Assembly: GCA_965206595.1 (NCBI GenBank)
Contig: OZ242214.1
Location: forward strand, 6,080,001 to 6,144,000
DNA length: 64,000 nucleotides
DNA from: Candidatus Latescibacterota bacterium
GTDB taxonomy: Bacteria > Latescibacterota > UBA2968 > UBA8231
Reading direction: 5' to 3'
This document shows, in pieces, positions 19,277 through 28,194 of this stretch. How positions within the stretch are numbered: the first letter of the stretch is position 1; each line of letters begins with the position of its first letter. The translations under genes were made by a program, and so were the position numbers. The notes beneath the pieces were generated by a model. That model was given only the letters and a program-made list of their open reading frames with translations. It did no database searches and was not told the DNA's origin.

Positions 19277-21558
19277 ACGGGAAGGGCGATGATTTCCGAG
19301 GTCTCTTTCTGAAGTTCCACGAGGTCGCGGAAGGCACCTTTTTCCGCCATCAGTTCCTCGTGCGAGCCGATTTGGACGATGCGGCCGTCGTCGAGGACGA
19401 TGAGGCGGTCGGCATTGCGCAACGTCGACAGTCTATGGGCGATGACGAAGGTCGTTCTCCCCTCGATCATGCGCCCGAGCGCGTCCTGAATCTGCTTCTC
19501 CGTGTCGACGTCGACGGAGGACGTCGCCTCATCGAGGATGAGTATTCGCGGGTTGTGCAACATCGCCCGCGCTATGGCTACGCGCTGCTTTTCACCGCCC
19601 GATAGGTTGTTGCCCTGCTCCCCGACCTGGGTTTCGTACCCGTCCGGTTTGGCGATGATGAAGTTGTGGGCGTTGGCGAGCCGCGCGGCGTGCATGATCT
19701 CCTCGAAATTCGCGTCGGGGTTGCCGTAACCGATGTTCTCTCCGATGGTGCCGCTGAACAGCACGGGCTCCTGCAGAACGATACCGATTTGTCGTCGCAG
19801 GTCGCGCAGGTTGATTTTGCGAATGTCGACACCGTCGACCTCGATGGCGCCGTGGTCGACGTCGTAGAAACGGGCGATGAGGTTGATCGTCGTAGTTTTG
19901 CCGACTCCCGACTTGCCCACCAGTCCGATCATCTCGCCCGGCTCGATGTCGGCGCTGACTCCGTGGAGCACAGGCTTGCTCTTGTCGTAGCCGAAGGTCA
20001 CATCCTTGAAGGTCACGCGGCCCTCGATCTTCCTCATGCGCACCGCTTTCGGATCGTGGTACGACTCCGGTTCGGTGTCGATGACCTCGAATACCCGTTC
20101 CGCTCCGGCAAAGGCGCTCGTCATCCAGGAGTTGACCTGCCCGAACCATTCGAGCGGGCCGTAGACCATCCACATGAACGAGTAGAAGGCCAACAGGGTA
20201 CCGAGCGTCATTTCGTTCGACAGCACCTGTTTGCCGCCGAATAGCCATACGATCAGCACCCCGAATCCGGTCAGGAAGGTGATCGTCGCGTGGAACACCG
20301 TGCGGTTGACGGCGGTCTTGATGCCGATTTCCGTCGCCCTGCGGTTGACCTTGTGGAAGCTCCTGCGCTCCCGCTCCTCCTGGGCGAACGCCTTGACGAC
20401 GCGGATACCGGCGAGAGTTTCCGCGGTGCGATCGGTGAGCGACGACCAGACCGCGCTGTACTGGGTGAAGAGTCTGCGCATGCGCTCCCAGAACGCCGCG
20501 CCCCAGAGCAGCAACAGCGGCACCGGCAGAAGGATATAGAGCGTAAGCTCCCAGCTCATCCACAGAAGAAAGCCGAGAATGCCGAGCATCATCATAGCAT
20601 TGATGACGAGGTACGGCAGCCCGTCCACGAGAAATTCCTGCAGCCTGCCCGAGTCGCGCGTCACCCGGGCCATCAGCGCACCGACGCGGCGCTTGTCGTA
20701 GAACTGCAGCGACAGCATCTCCAGCCTGCGGTAGAGTTGGCTGCGGATGTCCGCTGTCGCCTGGGCGCCAAGCCAGGCTACGATCCAGCCGTGAACCCAT
20801 TCGGCTCCCCAGCTGCCTATGCGGATCCCGACAAGGGCGAGCACGAGAATGCCGAGAAGGGCAAGGCGCTCGTCGACCGGGGCGGGATCGCCGTCGATAG
20901 GAACCAGCACCTCGTCGACGATGCGCTTGGTGATCAGGGGCGGGGCGAGCTCCGCCCCGGTCGTCACTACCGAAGCCAGGGCCAGGGCCGCGGCCCGGAT
21001 CTTGTAGGGAGCCAAGTAGGCGGCGATGCGCTTGGTCGTCGACCACTTTTTCACACAGGCCGGACAGAGGCCGTTCTTCTCGGGCAACAGGAGTCCGCAC
21101 CGGGGGCAGCGGGTGCGCTCCAGCTCGGGGTTTATCAGGAACGGCTCCCCCTTGCGCAGCTGCTCAAGGCCCCGGACAACCTCGGAAAACTTGGCCGCTT
21201 CGGTGCCGGTGTAGGGAACGACCACGGTGGGCTCGCCGAAGCGCTCGATTTCCAACCTCCCGCCTCCCACGAGCGGTTCGGTCTGCGCGGCGCGCATCCT
21301 CTCGACAGGTACGTCGATCACGCTGCCGTCCGCGGGAAGGATGACGGCGCGGTGGTCGGTGATCACCACCCAGGTGTCGGCGTAACTGCCGTCGGCGCCG
21401 ATGTCGGCTCGCACTTGCACAAGGATCTGTTCGCCCGCGGGCAGGCAGGCGTCCAGCCTGGCAGCTGTGGACCGGTCTGCCGGCTCAATCAGACGAGAAC
21501 TGTCGCTGTCGTTCAAGGTCGAAACCATCCGGGGGGTCGCTGCACCTATTTGCTGCAC
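19273..21558 (-). CDS. ABC exporter, fused TMD+NBD, paralogue of the downstream gene (start may be ATG 21528)
   Basis: GKSGVGKT, LSGGEKQR and ILDEAT motifs; CPRC...CPAC; stop overlaps the next start. Confidence 0.93.
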   Translation of the reverse strand: MQQIGAATPRMVSTLNDSDSSRLIEPADRSTAARLDACLPAGEQILVQVRADIGADGSYADTWVVITDHRAVILPADGSVIDVPVERMRAAQTEPLVGGGRLEIERFGEPTVVVPYTGTEAAKFSEVVRGLEQLRKGEPFLINPELERTRCPRCGLLLPEKNGLCPACVKKWSTTKRIAAYLAPYKIRAAALALASVVTTGAELAPPLITKRIVDEVLVPIDGDPAPVDERLALLGILVLALVGIRIGSWGAEWVHGWIVAWLGAQATADIRSQLYRRLEMLSLQFYDKRRVGALMARVTRDSGRLQEFLVDGLPYLVINAMMMLGILGFLLWMSWELTLYILLPVPLLLLWGAAFWERMRRLFTQYSAVWSSLTDRTAETLAGIRVVKAFAQEERERRSFHKVNRRATEIGIKTAVNRTVFHATITFLTGFGVLIVWLFGGKQVLSNEMTLGTLLAFYSFMWMVYGPLEWFGQVNSWMTSAFAGAERVFEVIDTEPESYHDPKAVRMRKIEGRVTFKDVTFGYDKSKPVLHGVSADIEPGEMIGLVGKSGVGKTTTINLIARFYDVDHGAIEVDGVDIRKINLRDLRRQIGIVLQEPVLFSGTIGENIGYGNPDANFEEIMHAARLANAHNFIIAKPDGYETQVGEQGNNLSGGEKQRVAIARAMLHNPRILILDEATSSVDVDTEKQIQDALGRMIEGRTTFVIAHRLSTLRNADRLIVLDDGRIVQIGSHEELMAEKGAFRDLVELQKETSEIIALPV

Positions 21559-21776
21559 CTAATTAATGTATTGGTTTCAAGGTGTCGCCGACGGTTAGCG
21601 GGCTTTTTCCCGAAGACTTCCGGAGATGGAAGCGCAGCCTGTCAGTTAGCCGTTGCGATCTCCTTCGGACGCTCCCGTTGGGGACTCCCTGCGTCCTGGC
21701 AAACCGGTACGGGGCGAAAGGGGCAAGGTTCGCACTGCCACCGGGCCAGATAGGGGTGACCGCGGTCACGGGCGGA

Positions 21777-21959
21777 CTAGTTGCCGGAACTGCTGGATTT
21801 TCTTCGCCGGCGCTGGCGGGCGAATGGGGTCTCGATGCCGTACTGGCGGCAAAGACGACCGAAAGTACCGCCGGCGATACCGAGCGCTCTGCAGGCATCC
21901 TGGTTGCTCGCGTAAACACGGGCGGCTCTCTTGATCCACTCTCTGGGTATTTTCTGCAT
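21777..21959 (-). CDS. Small basic helix-turn-helix protein
   Basis: 60 aa; SNQDACRALGIAGGTFGRLCRQYGI resembles a Fis/RWP-RK-type HTH; purine-rich GAGAAGAAAGAG before the ATG. Confidence 0.65.
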   Translation of the reverse strand: MQKIPREWIKRAARVYASNQDACRALGIAGGTFGRLCRQYGIETPFARQRRRRKSSSSGN

Positions 21960-22034
21960 CTCTTTCTTCTCCAAAAATGCTGTTTTGTAGCAGTGCGACT
22001 GATGCGTTGGTGCGTTGCAGATTTCGTGCCTGGC

Positions 22035-22084
22035 AAAAAAAACGGCTGCGGCCTCTGAACTGATCCTTCCAGAGACTGCAGCCG
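22035..22084 (-). terminator. Terminator-like hairpin
   Basis: On the minus strand CGGCTGCAGTCTCTG...CAGAGGCCGCAGCCG followed by T8. Confidence 0.6.
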
Positions 22085-22086
22085 GC

Positions 22087-22119
22087 AAAAAAAAACCGTA
22101 GGGATGTGATCCCTACGGT
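22087..22119 (-). terminator. Intrinsic terminator
   Basis: Perfect 11-bp stem ACCGTAGGGAT/ATCCCTACGGT followed by a T run on the minus strand. Confidence 0.8.
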
Positions 22120-22147
22120 ATGAGAAGAGCTTCGCGTGTCTGCTTTC

Positions 22148-22621
22148 TCAACCTCCGGGATCCTCACCAGCTGCAGGGCTGGTTTCGAACTTGGAGACCA
22201 TGGCGTTGTCCATCAGATGACCCCGATCGGTCCGCGGTATCACCGAAACGGCTTGGCATTTTACAGATCCGCCAAAGCCGGCCTTGGGAATTCGCTCCAC
22301 TCTGGAGTGATCCGCGCTGACTTCCCGGCGCCCGGTCGGGAACCCCTTGCCCATCCAGTCGACTTCCATCACCGATCGACATCCGGGGAATCCGAACGCG
22401 TCCTGCACGGCAAGGCCGGGTGCCGCGGCCATCATCGGCGCCCGGGATTTGGCGCACGCGAATCCGGACGTTTCCACCATCTCACATATGGGCAACAGGA
22501 AAGCGCCCGCTCCGGGCCGGTTACTCGGACCGAGCCGAGCCGCCGGGGCGAATTCGCCCTTCTTCTTCCTGCCGATGTGTGGAATCATCTCTTCATCCGG
22601 TTTCAGGTTGTCTGTTTCCAT
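22148..22621 (-). CDS. Hypothetical protein with no recognisable motif
   Basis: 157-aa ATG ORF between a promoter-like site (22688-22722) and a terminator. Confidence 0.35.
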   Translation of the reverse strand: METDNLKPDEEMIPHIGRKKKGEFAPAARLGPSNRPGAGAFLLPICEMVETSGFACAKSRAPMMAAAPGLAVQDAFGFPGCRSVMEVDWMGKGFPTGRREVSADHSRVERIPKAGFGGSVKCQAVSVIPRTDRGHLMDNAMVSKFETSPAAGEDPGG

Positions 22622-22687
22622 AGTGGCATTCCCTATGCTCCCTACCGTGCGCTCAAGGGGGTTAGTAACTCATTCCTCCCTGATCGA

Positions 22688-22722
22688 TGTAAAACTTACC
22701 CGGTGGTTTTTTACAATGTCAA
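22688..22722 (-). promoter_or_regulatory. Sigma70-like promoter with an overlapping inverted repeat
   Basis: TTGACA (22722-22717), 18 bp, TAAGTT; TGTAAAA 22688-22694 / TTTTACA 22709-22715. Confidence 0.55.
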
Positions 22723-22796
22723 GTAGAAAAGCCGATCCATGCTGAGAAGAGATTGCGTTTTCAGTTCGGCTGTCCTCCTCTATATTCCGCTTTACC

Positions 22797-23651
22797 ATGA
22801 CGCTTTCGCCACCTCTCGAGGACCAGTCTGGAATGTCGCAAGCCGAGTTGGAAAAGCAGCGCGGCGACGGGGGGCAGGACAGCCTCTCTCTTCATAACGA
22901 GAAGCTGGAAGACCTGCTGCGCGAAAACGACTTCGAATCGATGTCCGCCGAGTCGATCCTCACTTGGGTGAGCTCGGCGTTCTCATCCGGCCGCGCCGTA
23001 CTGAGCACCAGTTTTCAGAACACAGGAGTGGCGATGATCCACATGCTGCGGCAACTCGACCTGAAGATCCGCATCGCCACCGTCGACACCTTGCGGTTAC
23101 ACCCTGAGACCTACGCCTACATCCGCGAGCTGGAGCAGCACTACGGCATCGAGATCGAGGTGCAGCGGCCCGATCCAGAGCAGGTTCGCAGCATGGTGGA
23201 TCGCTTCGGGGAGTACCTGTTCTTCGATTCGAAAGCGCGGCAGGAATACTGCTGTCAGATGCGCAAGCTCAGGCCCCATGACGAGCTGTTGAAGACGGTC
23301 GATTGCTGGATATCCGGAGTGCGCCGCGACCAGTCCGCGGTTCGCGAAAGGAACACGCCGAAGGCGACGACGGTTGCCGAGTACGGCTCGCGGAGGCAGA
23401 TCTTCAAGCTCAACCCGATGAGCGACTGGACCGAAGAACGCGTGCGCGAATACGTGGCGGAAAACCGGGTTCCCGTCCACCCGCTGTACGCGAAGGGGTA
23501 CCGCAGCATCGGATGCATCATCTGCTCGACTCCGACGTTGCCGGGAGAGGATCAGCGTGCCGGGCGCTGGCGCTGGTTCAACGGCAACGAGACCATCGGC
23601 GAAGAGGAGTTGAAGGAATGCGGTCTGCACGTGCCGGTGTACAACATTTGA
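22797..23651 (+). CDS. cysH: Adenylylsulfate (APS) reductase, CysH family
   Basis: CC pair (EYCCQMRK), SIGCIIC, RAGRW and ECGLH; the Fe-S cysteines indicate APS rather than PAPS type. Confidence 0.9.
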   Translation: MTLSPPLEDQSGMSQAELEKQRGDGGQDSLSLHNEKLEDLLRENDFESMSAESILTWVSSAFSSGRAVLSTSFQNTGVAMIHMLRQLDLKIRIATVDTLRLHPETYAYIRELEQHYGIEIEVQRPDPEQVRSMVDRFGEYLFFDSKARQEYCCQMRKLRPHDELLKTVDCWISGVRRDQSAVRERNTPKATTVAEYGSRRQIFKLNPMSDWTEERVREYVAENRVPVHPLYAKGYRSIGCIICSTPTLPGEDQRAGRWRWFNGNETIGEEELKECGLHVPVYNI

Positions 23652-23666
23652 CACCGGTCTCTCCCA

Positions 23667-25040
23667 TCATTCCGGGATGGCCGCAACCGCTTCCTTGAAC
23701 TTCGCTCCCCGCTCAGCGTAACTCGCGAACATTCCGAAGCTCGCACAGGCCGGAGACAGAAGCACTACGTCCCCGGGCATTGCACGCTGTTTCGCCATGG
23801 CTACCGCCTCGGCAAGCCCGGGGCAGCCGGGCTCGATGTGTCCCGCATAACCGTAAGCGCGCACGGCATCCCCGAGCCGTCCTTCCTCCTCACTCGCCAA
23901 CAAAACCAACGCTTTCAGGCCGCGGTCTGCGATCTTCCTGGCCAGGCCGGAAAAATCAGCTCCTTTGGAGGATCCCCCGGCGATCAGCAGCACCGGTTGG
24001 TCGAAGGCAGCGATCGCCGCCAGGGTCGCCTCCGGAGTCGTTGCCAGGGAGTCGTTGTAGTAGGCGACGCCGTTGCGCGTGGCGACGTGCTCCAGGCGGT
24101 GCTCCAGGCCGGCAAAAGATTGCAGTCGCGGTGTCAGCCGGCTGGCGGGGGCGCCGACGGCAACCGCGGCCGCCGCGGCTGCAAGTGCGTTGGCGACATT
24201 GTGCCGTCCCCGGAGTTTCAGACCGGAAGCGTCGCATAGGAGCGTCGCTTCGGCGTCGAACGGGCGCGCCCACAGCCGCCCATCCTCCAGGAAAGCACCG
24301 GCTTCGACAGGGCGATTGATGCTGAACTCCATGGGACGGGCCGGTGAATCCAGGGCGAAGCGGGACGCTGTTTCGCAGTCGGCGTTGAGGATGAGGGTGT
24401 CTGCGGCCGACTGATACCGGCAGATGGATTTCTTGGCTTCCACGTACTCGTCGCGGCCGGCGTGGTAGTCGAGGTGGTCGGCGGTCACGTTCAGCACGAC
24501 CGAGACAGGCGGGCTGCGGTCGAGGTCCTGCAGCTGGAAGCTGGAGAGCTCGAGAATGACGAGATCGGATAAGCAGATATCGTCGAGGAAATCCATTGGT
24601 GGTGTCCCTATGTTGCCCCCGAGCCAGACCCGTCCGTACGGGCCGTCGCGAAGTATCTCGAAGAGCAGGGAGCAGGTGGTCCCTTTCCCCTTGGTGCCGG
24701 TGATGCCGACGATTGGCGCCGGGCAGCGCTCGAAAAACAGGCGCGTCTGACTGTTGAGCGATGCTCCCGCATGCCGTGCCCGCACCAGGGCAGGGTTGAG
24801 GGTGCTGATTCCGGGGGTGCGGAAGAGGAGGTCGAATTCGTCGAGCTTTTCCAGGTAGTCGGGACCGAAGTGCCAGCTCCGGGTGATGTGATGCCATTCC
24901 GCTGTTTCGGGTAGCTCGTCCCCGGTCCTGGCGTCGCAGACGGAGAACTCGATCCCGCGGCTCGCCAGGTAGCGACCGACGCTGCGATTCTCCACGCCAA
25001 GTCCGAGAAGCGCGATCCGCTTCCCTTCAAGCTCTTTCAT
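23667..25040 (-). CDS. murD: UDP-N-acetylmuramoyl-L-alanine--D-glutamate ligase
   Basis: ITGTKGKGTT, GNIG, ELSSFQL, DHLDYH, HRLE and LSPACASF motifs. Confidence 0.96.
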   Translation of the reverse strand: MKELEGKRIALLGLGVENRSVGRYLASRGIEFSVCDARTGDELPETAEWHHITRSWHFGPDYLEKLDEFDLLFRTPGISTLNPALVRARHAGASLNSQTRLFFERCPAPIVGITGTKGKGTTCSLLFEILRDGPYGRVWLGGNIGTPPMDFLDDICLSDLVILELSSFQLQDLDRSPPVSVVLNVTADHLDYHAGRDEYVEAKKSICRYQSAADTLILNADCETASRFALDSPARPMEFSINRPVEAGAFLEDGRLWARPFDAEATLLCDASGLKLRGRHNVANALAAAAAAVAVGAPASRLTPRLQSFAGLEHRLEHVATRNGVAYYNDSLATTPEATLAAIAAFDQPVLLIAGGSSKGADFSGLARKIADRGLKALVLLASEEEGRLGDAVRAYGYAGHIEPGCPGLAEAVAMAKQRAMPGDVVLLSPACASFGMFASYAERGAKFKEAVAAIPE

Positions 25041-25258
25041 CTGTCATCCCCGACGACAACCCATGCCGAAAGCCGAAGAGGCTCAAGGCCATCCGGGGAA
25101 GCGTGGTTTTTATCTTGGCAGCTCTCGACTAAGAAGTCGTAAATCTTCTTTTGCCCGGGTTTGCGAAATCGGATATAATCACGCGCATTCGATGCAGGAC
25201 AGCCTTCCCCGTCTCGAATTTCCCTCGCCCCCATCGCAAATTTTCCACTGCCCGACGC

Positions 25259-26209
25259 ATGAAATTGATCGTGCAGATCCCCTGCCTCAACGAAGAGGCG
25301 ACCCTGCCGGCGACTATCGCCGACATTCCCCGGGAGATCGACGGCATCGACGAGGTGGAGATTCTCGTCATCGACGACGGCTCCACCGACCGCACAGCCG
25401 AGGTAGCACGCGAGTGCGGGGCGGATCACATCGTGCAGTTCCCGAAAAACCGCGGACTGGGGCACGCTTTCAAGTCCGGTTTCGACAGCTGTCTGAAACT
25501 GGGCGCCGACATCATCATCAATACCGACGGCGACAACCAGTACTACGGCGGAGACGTTTGCGAGCTCGTACGGCCGATTCTCGCCGGCGAGGCCGAGGTG
25601 GTCATCGGGGATCGGCGCACCATCGGCATCGCACACTTCGGCTTTACAAAGCGCTGGCTTCAGAGGTTTGGCAGCCACGTGATCAGCCGTCTGGCACGCC
25701 TTCGAGTTCCGGACGTTGCCAGCGGTTTTCGCGCCTACAGCCGCGCCGCCGCACTGCAGCTGACGACATTCACCGATTTCGACCACACTGCTGAACACGT
25801 GGTCGAGTGGGGGCAAACCCGCATGCCGGTGGTCAGCGTGCCGATCCGGACCAACCCCAAGGCGCGCGAGTCCCGGCTGTTCTCCAATGTCGGCGAGTTC
25901 GTCATGAAGTCGGCGATGATCAGCCTGCGCACCTACACGCGTTACAAGGCCCTGAAAATCTTCGCTGCTTTCGGATTCGGTACTTTTTTTATCGGATTTC
26001 TTCTCGGATTGCGGTTCCTCTACTTCCTGCTGTTGACGGACGAGGGAATCCTGCACGTGCAGTCCCTGATTCTCGCCGCGGTGCTGTTGCTGGCCGGCTT
26101 TCAGATGTTCCTGACGGGTGTCGTGGCCGATCTCATCGCGACCAACAGGGCCATGCTTGAGGATGCGTTGACCCGAATCAAACGGCTGGAATTGAAGAAG
26201 CGGGAGTAA
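25259..26209 (+). CDS. Family 2 glycosyltransferase (DPM-synthase-like) with C-terminal TM helices
   Basis: QIPCLNEE, IDDGSTD, NTDGDNQY and SGFRAYSR motifs. Confidence 0.92.
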   Translation: MKLIVQIPCLNEEATLPATIADIPREIDGIDEVEILVIDDGSTDRTAEVARECGADHIVQFPKNRGLGHAFKSGFDSCLKLGADIIINTDGDNQYYGGDVCELVRPILAGEAEVVIGDRRTIGIAHFGFTKRWLQRFGSHVISRLARLRVPDVASGFRAYSRAAALQLTTFTDFDHTAEHVVEWGQTRMPVVSVPIRTNPKARESRLFSNVGEFVMKSAMISLRTYTRYKALKIFAAFGFGTFFIGFLLGLRFLYFLLLTDEGILHVQSLILAAVLLLAGFQMFLTGVVADLIATNRAMLEDALTRIKRLELKKRE

Positions 26210-27152
26210 GTATCCCGGGAGGGGAGGAGTAGACGGCCTTCCGGCTGCCGTCCCGGGGATGTGGGAAGCCGAGTTTCATGGCATGCAAGTGATACCCCCC
26301 GTCTCCCGGTAAGGGTGGACGCTCTCCGGCGCCCGGTTCCCTCGGCATGCCGCCGGGACCGAAGAATGTCTCCCCGACCAGCGGAAATCCCGCCGCGGCC
26401 ATATGTATCCTGATTTGGTGCGGGCGGCCTGTCGGGATTGCCATCTCCACAAGAGCGGTCCGTTTCCCCGCCTCATGGCGGCGTTCCAAAACGCGAACCT
26501 GCGTCAAGGACTCCTTTCCCTCCGGCCGGGCCGAAAAAACCTCCCCCAGCGGCGCGTATCGTACGGGCCCGATCGCCACGTCCACTGAAAACCCGTCTCG
26601 CCAAGGATGGCCGCGTATCAGGCCCCGGTACGTTTTCTGAAGACGACCTCGACGGAATTCGAGCGCCAGTTCCCTCTTTGACAAAGGCGTTCGAGCGAAC
26701 AGAACCAGCCCCGACGTTCCACGTCCGATGCGGTGTACGGGTGCGACTCCATCTCCGAACCGGGTTCGCAGCAACCAGAGCAGGGTGTTTTCGAGGAAAT
26801 CCCCTCCTGGCATCACCTGCAATCCGGCCGGCTTCGAGACCACAACCAGATCCTCGTCTTCGCAAACCAGCGTGAAAGAGCGAGGAGAGGCAGGTTCTCG
26901 CCATGGCGGCCGGTGGTAGGACAACACTTGGCCCTTCTGGAGCTTCGCGCCGCAATGGGTCCGGTGTTCATCGAGGCTAATCGCCCCCGATTCGATGCGG
27001 GCTCGCCATTGCGCGCGATTCGAATGCGTGTATCGCCGGGTGTAGAAATCGAGCACTGACTGGCCGGCTTCCGGGCCGGCGATACGGTCGTGATACACCC
27101 ATCCCCGGTTGAGGCGACTGGTGCAGCTTTCGAGGGACGGCGTTTTTGTCAT
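26178..27152 (-). CDS. RluA-family pseudouridine synthase
   Basis: KPAGL, VHRIGRGTSG (catalytic D appears replaced by G), TGRPHQIR and LHA motifs. Confidence 0.85.
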   Translation of the reverse strand: MTKTPSLESCTSRLNRGWVYHDRIAGPEAGQSVLDFYTRRYTHSNRAQWRARIESGAISLDEHRTHCGAKLQKGQVLSYHRPPWREPASPRSFTLVCEDEDLVVVSKPAGLQVMPGGDFLENTLLWLLRTRFGDGVAPVHRIGRGTSGLVLFARTPLSKRELALEFRRGRLQKTYRGLIRGHPWRDGFSVDVAIGPVRYAPLGEVFSARPEGKESLTQVRVLERRHEAGKRTALVEMAIPTGRPHQIRIHMAAAGFPLVGETFFGPGGMPREPGAGERPPLPGDGGYHLHAMKLGFPHPRDGSRKAVYSSPPGILTPASSIPAV

Positions 27153-27164
27153 CAAGTTGACGGA

Positions 27165-27202
27165 ATCTTATAATTATTCGCTGATGTAAATAATTATTAC
27201 CA
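27165..27202 (+). promoter_or_regulatory. Tandem ARG-box-like operator upstream of argC
   Basis: ATAATTATT twice with a 20-bp period (cores 27167-27180 and 27187-27200) in an AT island. Confidence 0.55.
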
Positions 27203-27219
27203 ACGGAGTCTGATCGAGA

Positions 27220-28194
27220 GTGGCGAAACCGGCAATTTACATCGACGGACAGGAAGGCTCTACCGGGCTACGCATCCGCGAGCTGCTGGGGAGGCGCGAC
27301 GACATCGATCTGCGGTTGATCCCCGGGTCGGAACGAAAGGAGACCGGTATCCGCGCCAGCTTCCTCCGCGCTGCGGATTTGGCCATCCTCTGTCTGCCAG
27401 ATGACGCGGCTGCCGAGGCTATCGATCTTGTGTCCGGGGCAGACACGCGCATCATCGATACAAGTACGGCTCGGCGAACCCACGAGGACTGGGTGTATGG
27501 GTTGCCCGAGCTGGAACCGGCTCAGCGCGCGGCGATTCGCACCGCCACGCGCGTAGCCAACCCTGGTTGCTATCCGGTGGGGTTCATCCTCGCGGTGCGG
27601 CCGCTCATCGAAGCGGGTATTCTCCCTGCCGGAGTTCCGCTTACCGTCAACGCAGTGTCTGGTTACTCGGGGGGCGGACGAAGGATGATCGAAGTCTACC
27701 AGAGTGCCCCTGCTTCACAAACCACAGCCGGTGATGCCCCGTTGCCGTTGGCCTTGTACAATCTCGACGGCCCCCACAAACATGTCGCGGAAATGCAGAA
27801 ATTCAGTCTCACCGCGCATTCCCCGATTTTCGTCCCTTCCGTCGACCACACCTATTCCGGGATGCTGGTCTGCACGCCGATTCCGGCGGCTAATCTCGCC
27901 GCGGATGCCTCGGCGGAGTCGATTTTCTCCGCATGGAACCAACGCTACGCCTGCGAGCCGTTCGTCCGCGTTGTTTCGCCACGCGAGGCATCTGCGGCGC
28001 TGAGAAACGGGCGTTTCCTCGATCTGGGCGAAACCAACCGTACCAACCGCGTCGACCTTTTCGCGTTCGGCGACGACCGAGGGGTCGTGCTGATCGGACG
28101 CCAAGACAACCTCGGCAAAGGGGCTTCGGGCAATGCCGTTCAGTGTATGAATCTGATGTTGGGATTCGAAGAATCGAAAGGTCTGACCTCATAG
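27220..28194 (+). CDS. argC: N-acetyl-gamma-glutamyl-phosphate reductase (type 2)
   Basis: IDGQEGSTGL, YGLPEL, ANPGCY, SGYSGGG and DNLGKGASG motifs. Confidence 0.95.
   Translation: MAKPAIYIDGQEGSTGLRIRELLGRRDDIDLRLIPGSERKETGIRASFLRAADLAILCLPDDAAAEAIDLVSGADTRIIDTSTARRTHEDWVYGLPELEPAQRAAIRTATRVANPGCYPVGFILAVRPLIEAGILPAGVPLTVNAVSGYSGGGRRMIEVYQSAPASQTTAGDAPLPLALYNLDGPHKHVAEMQKFSLTAHSPIFVPSVDHTYSGMLVCTPIPAANLAADASAESIFSAWNQRYACEPFVRVVSPREASAALRNGRFLDLGETNRTNRVDLFAFGDDRGVVLIGRQDNLGKGASGNAVQCMNLMLGFEESKGLTS

Noticed and set aside
21697-21730. GGCAAACC...GAAA as a c-di-GMP-I riboswitch
   Set aside because: P2 pairing and the GACGCAAA element are missing, and it is on the wrong strand for the ABC genes
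2654-21753. Many long antisense or alternate-frame ORFs rich in R, G, P and A
   Set aside because: Expected shadows of high-GC coding genes; no motifs
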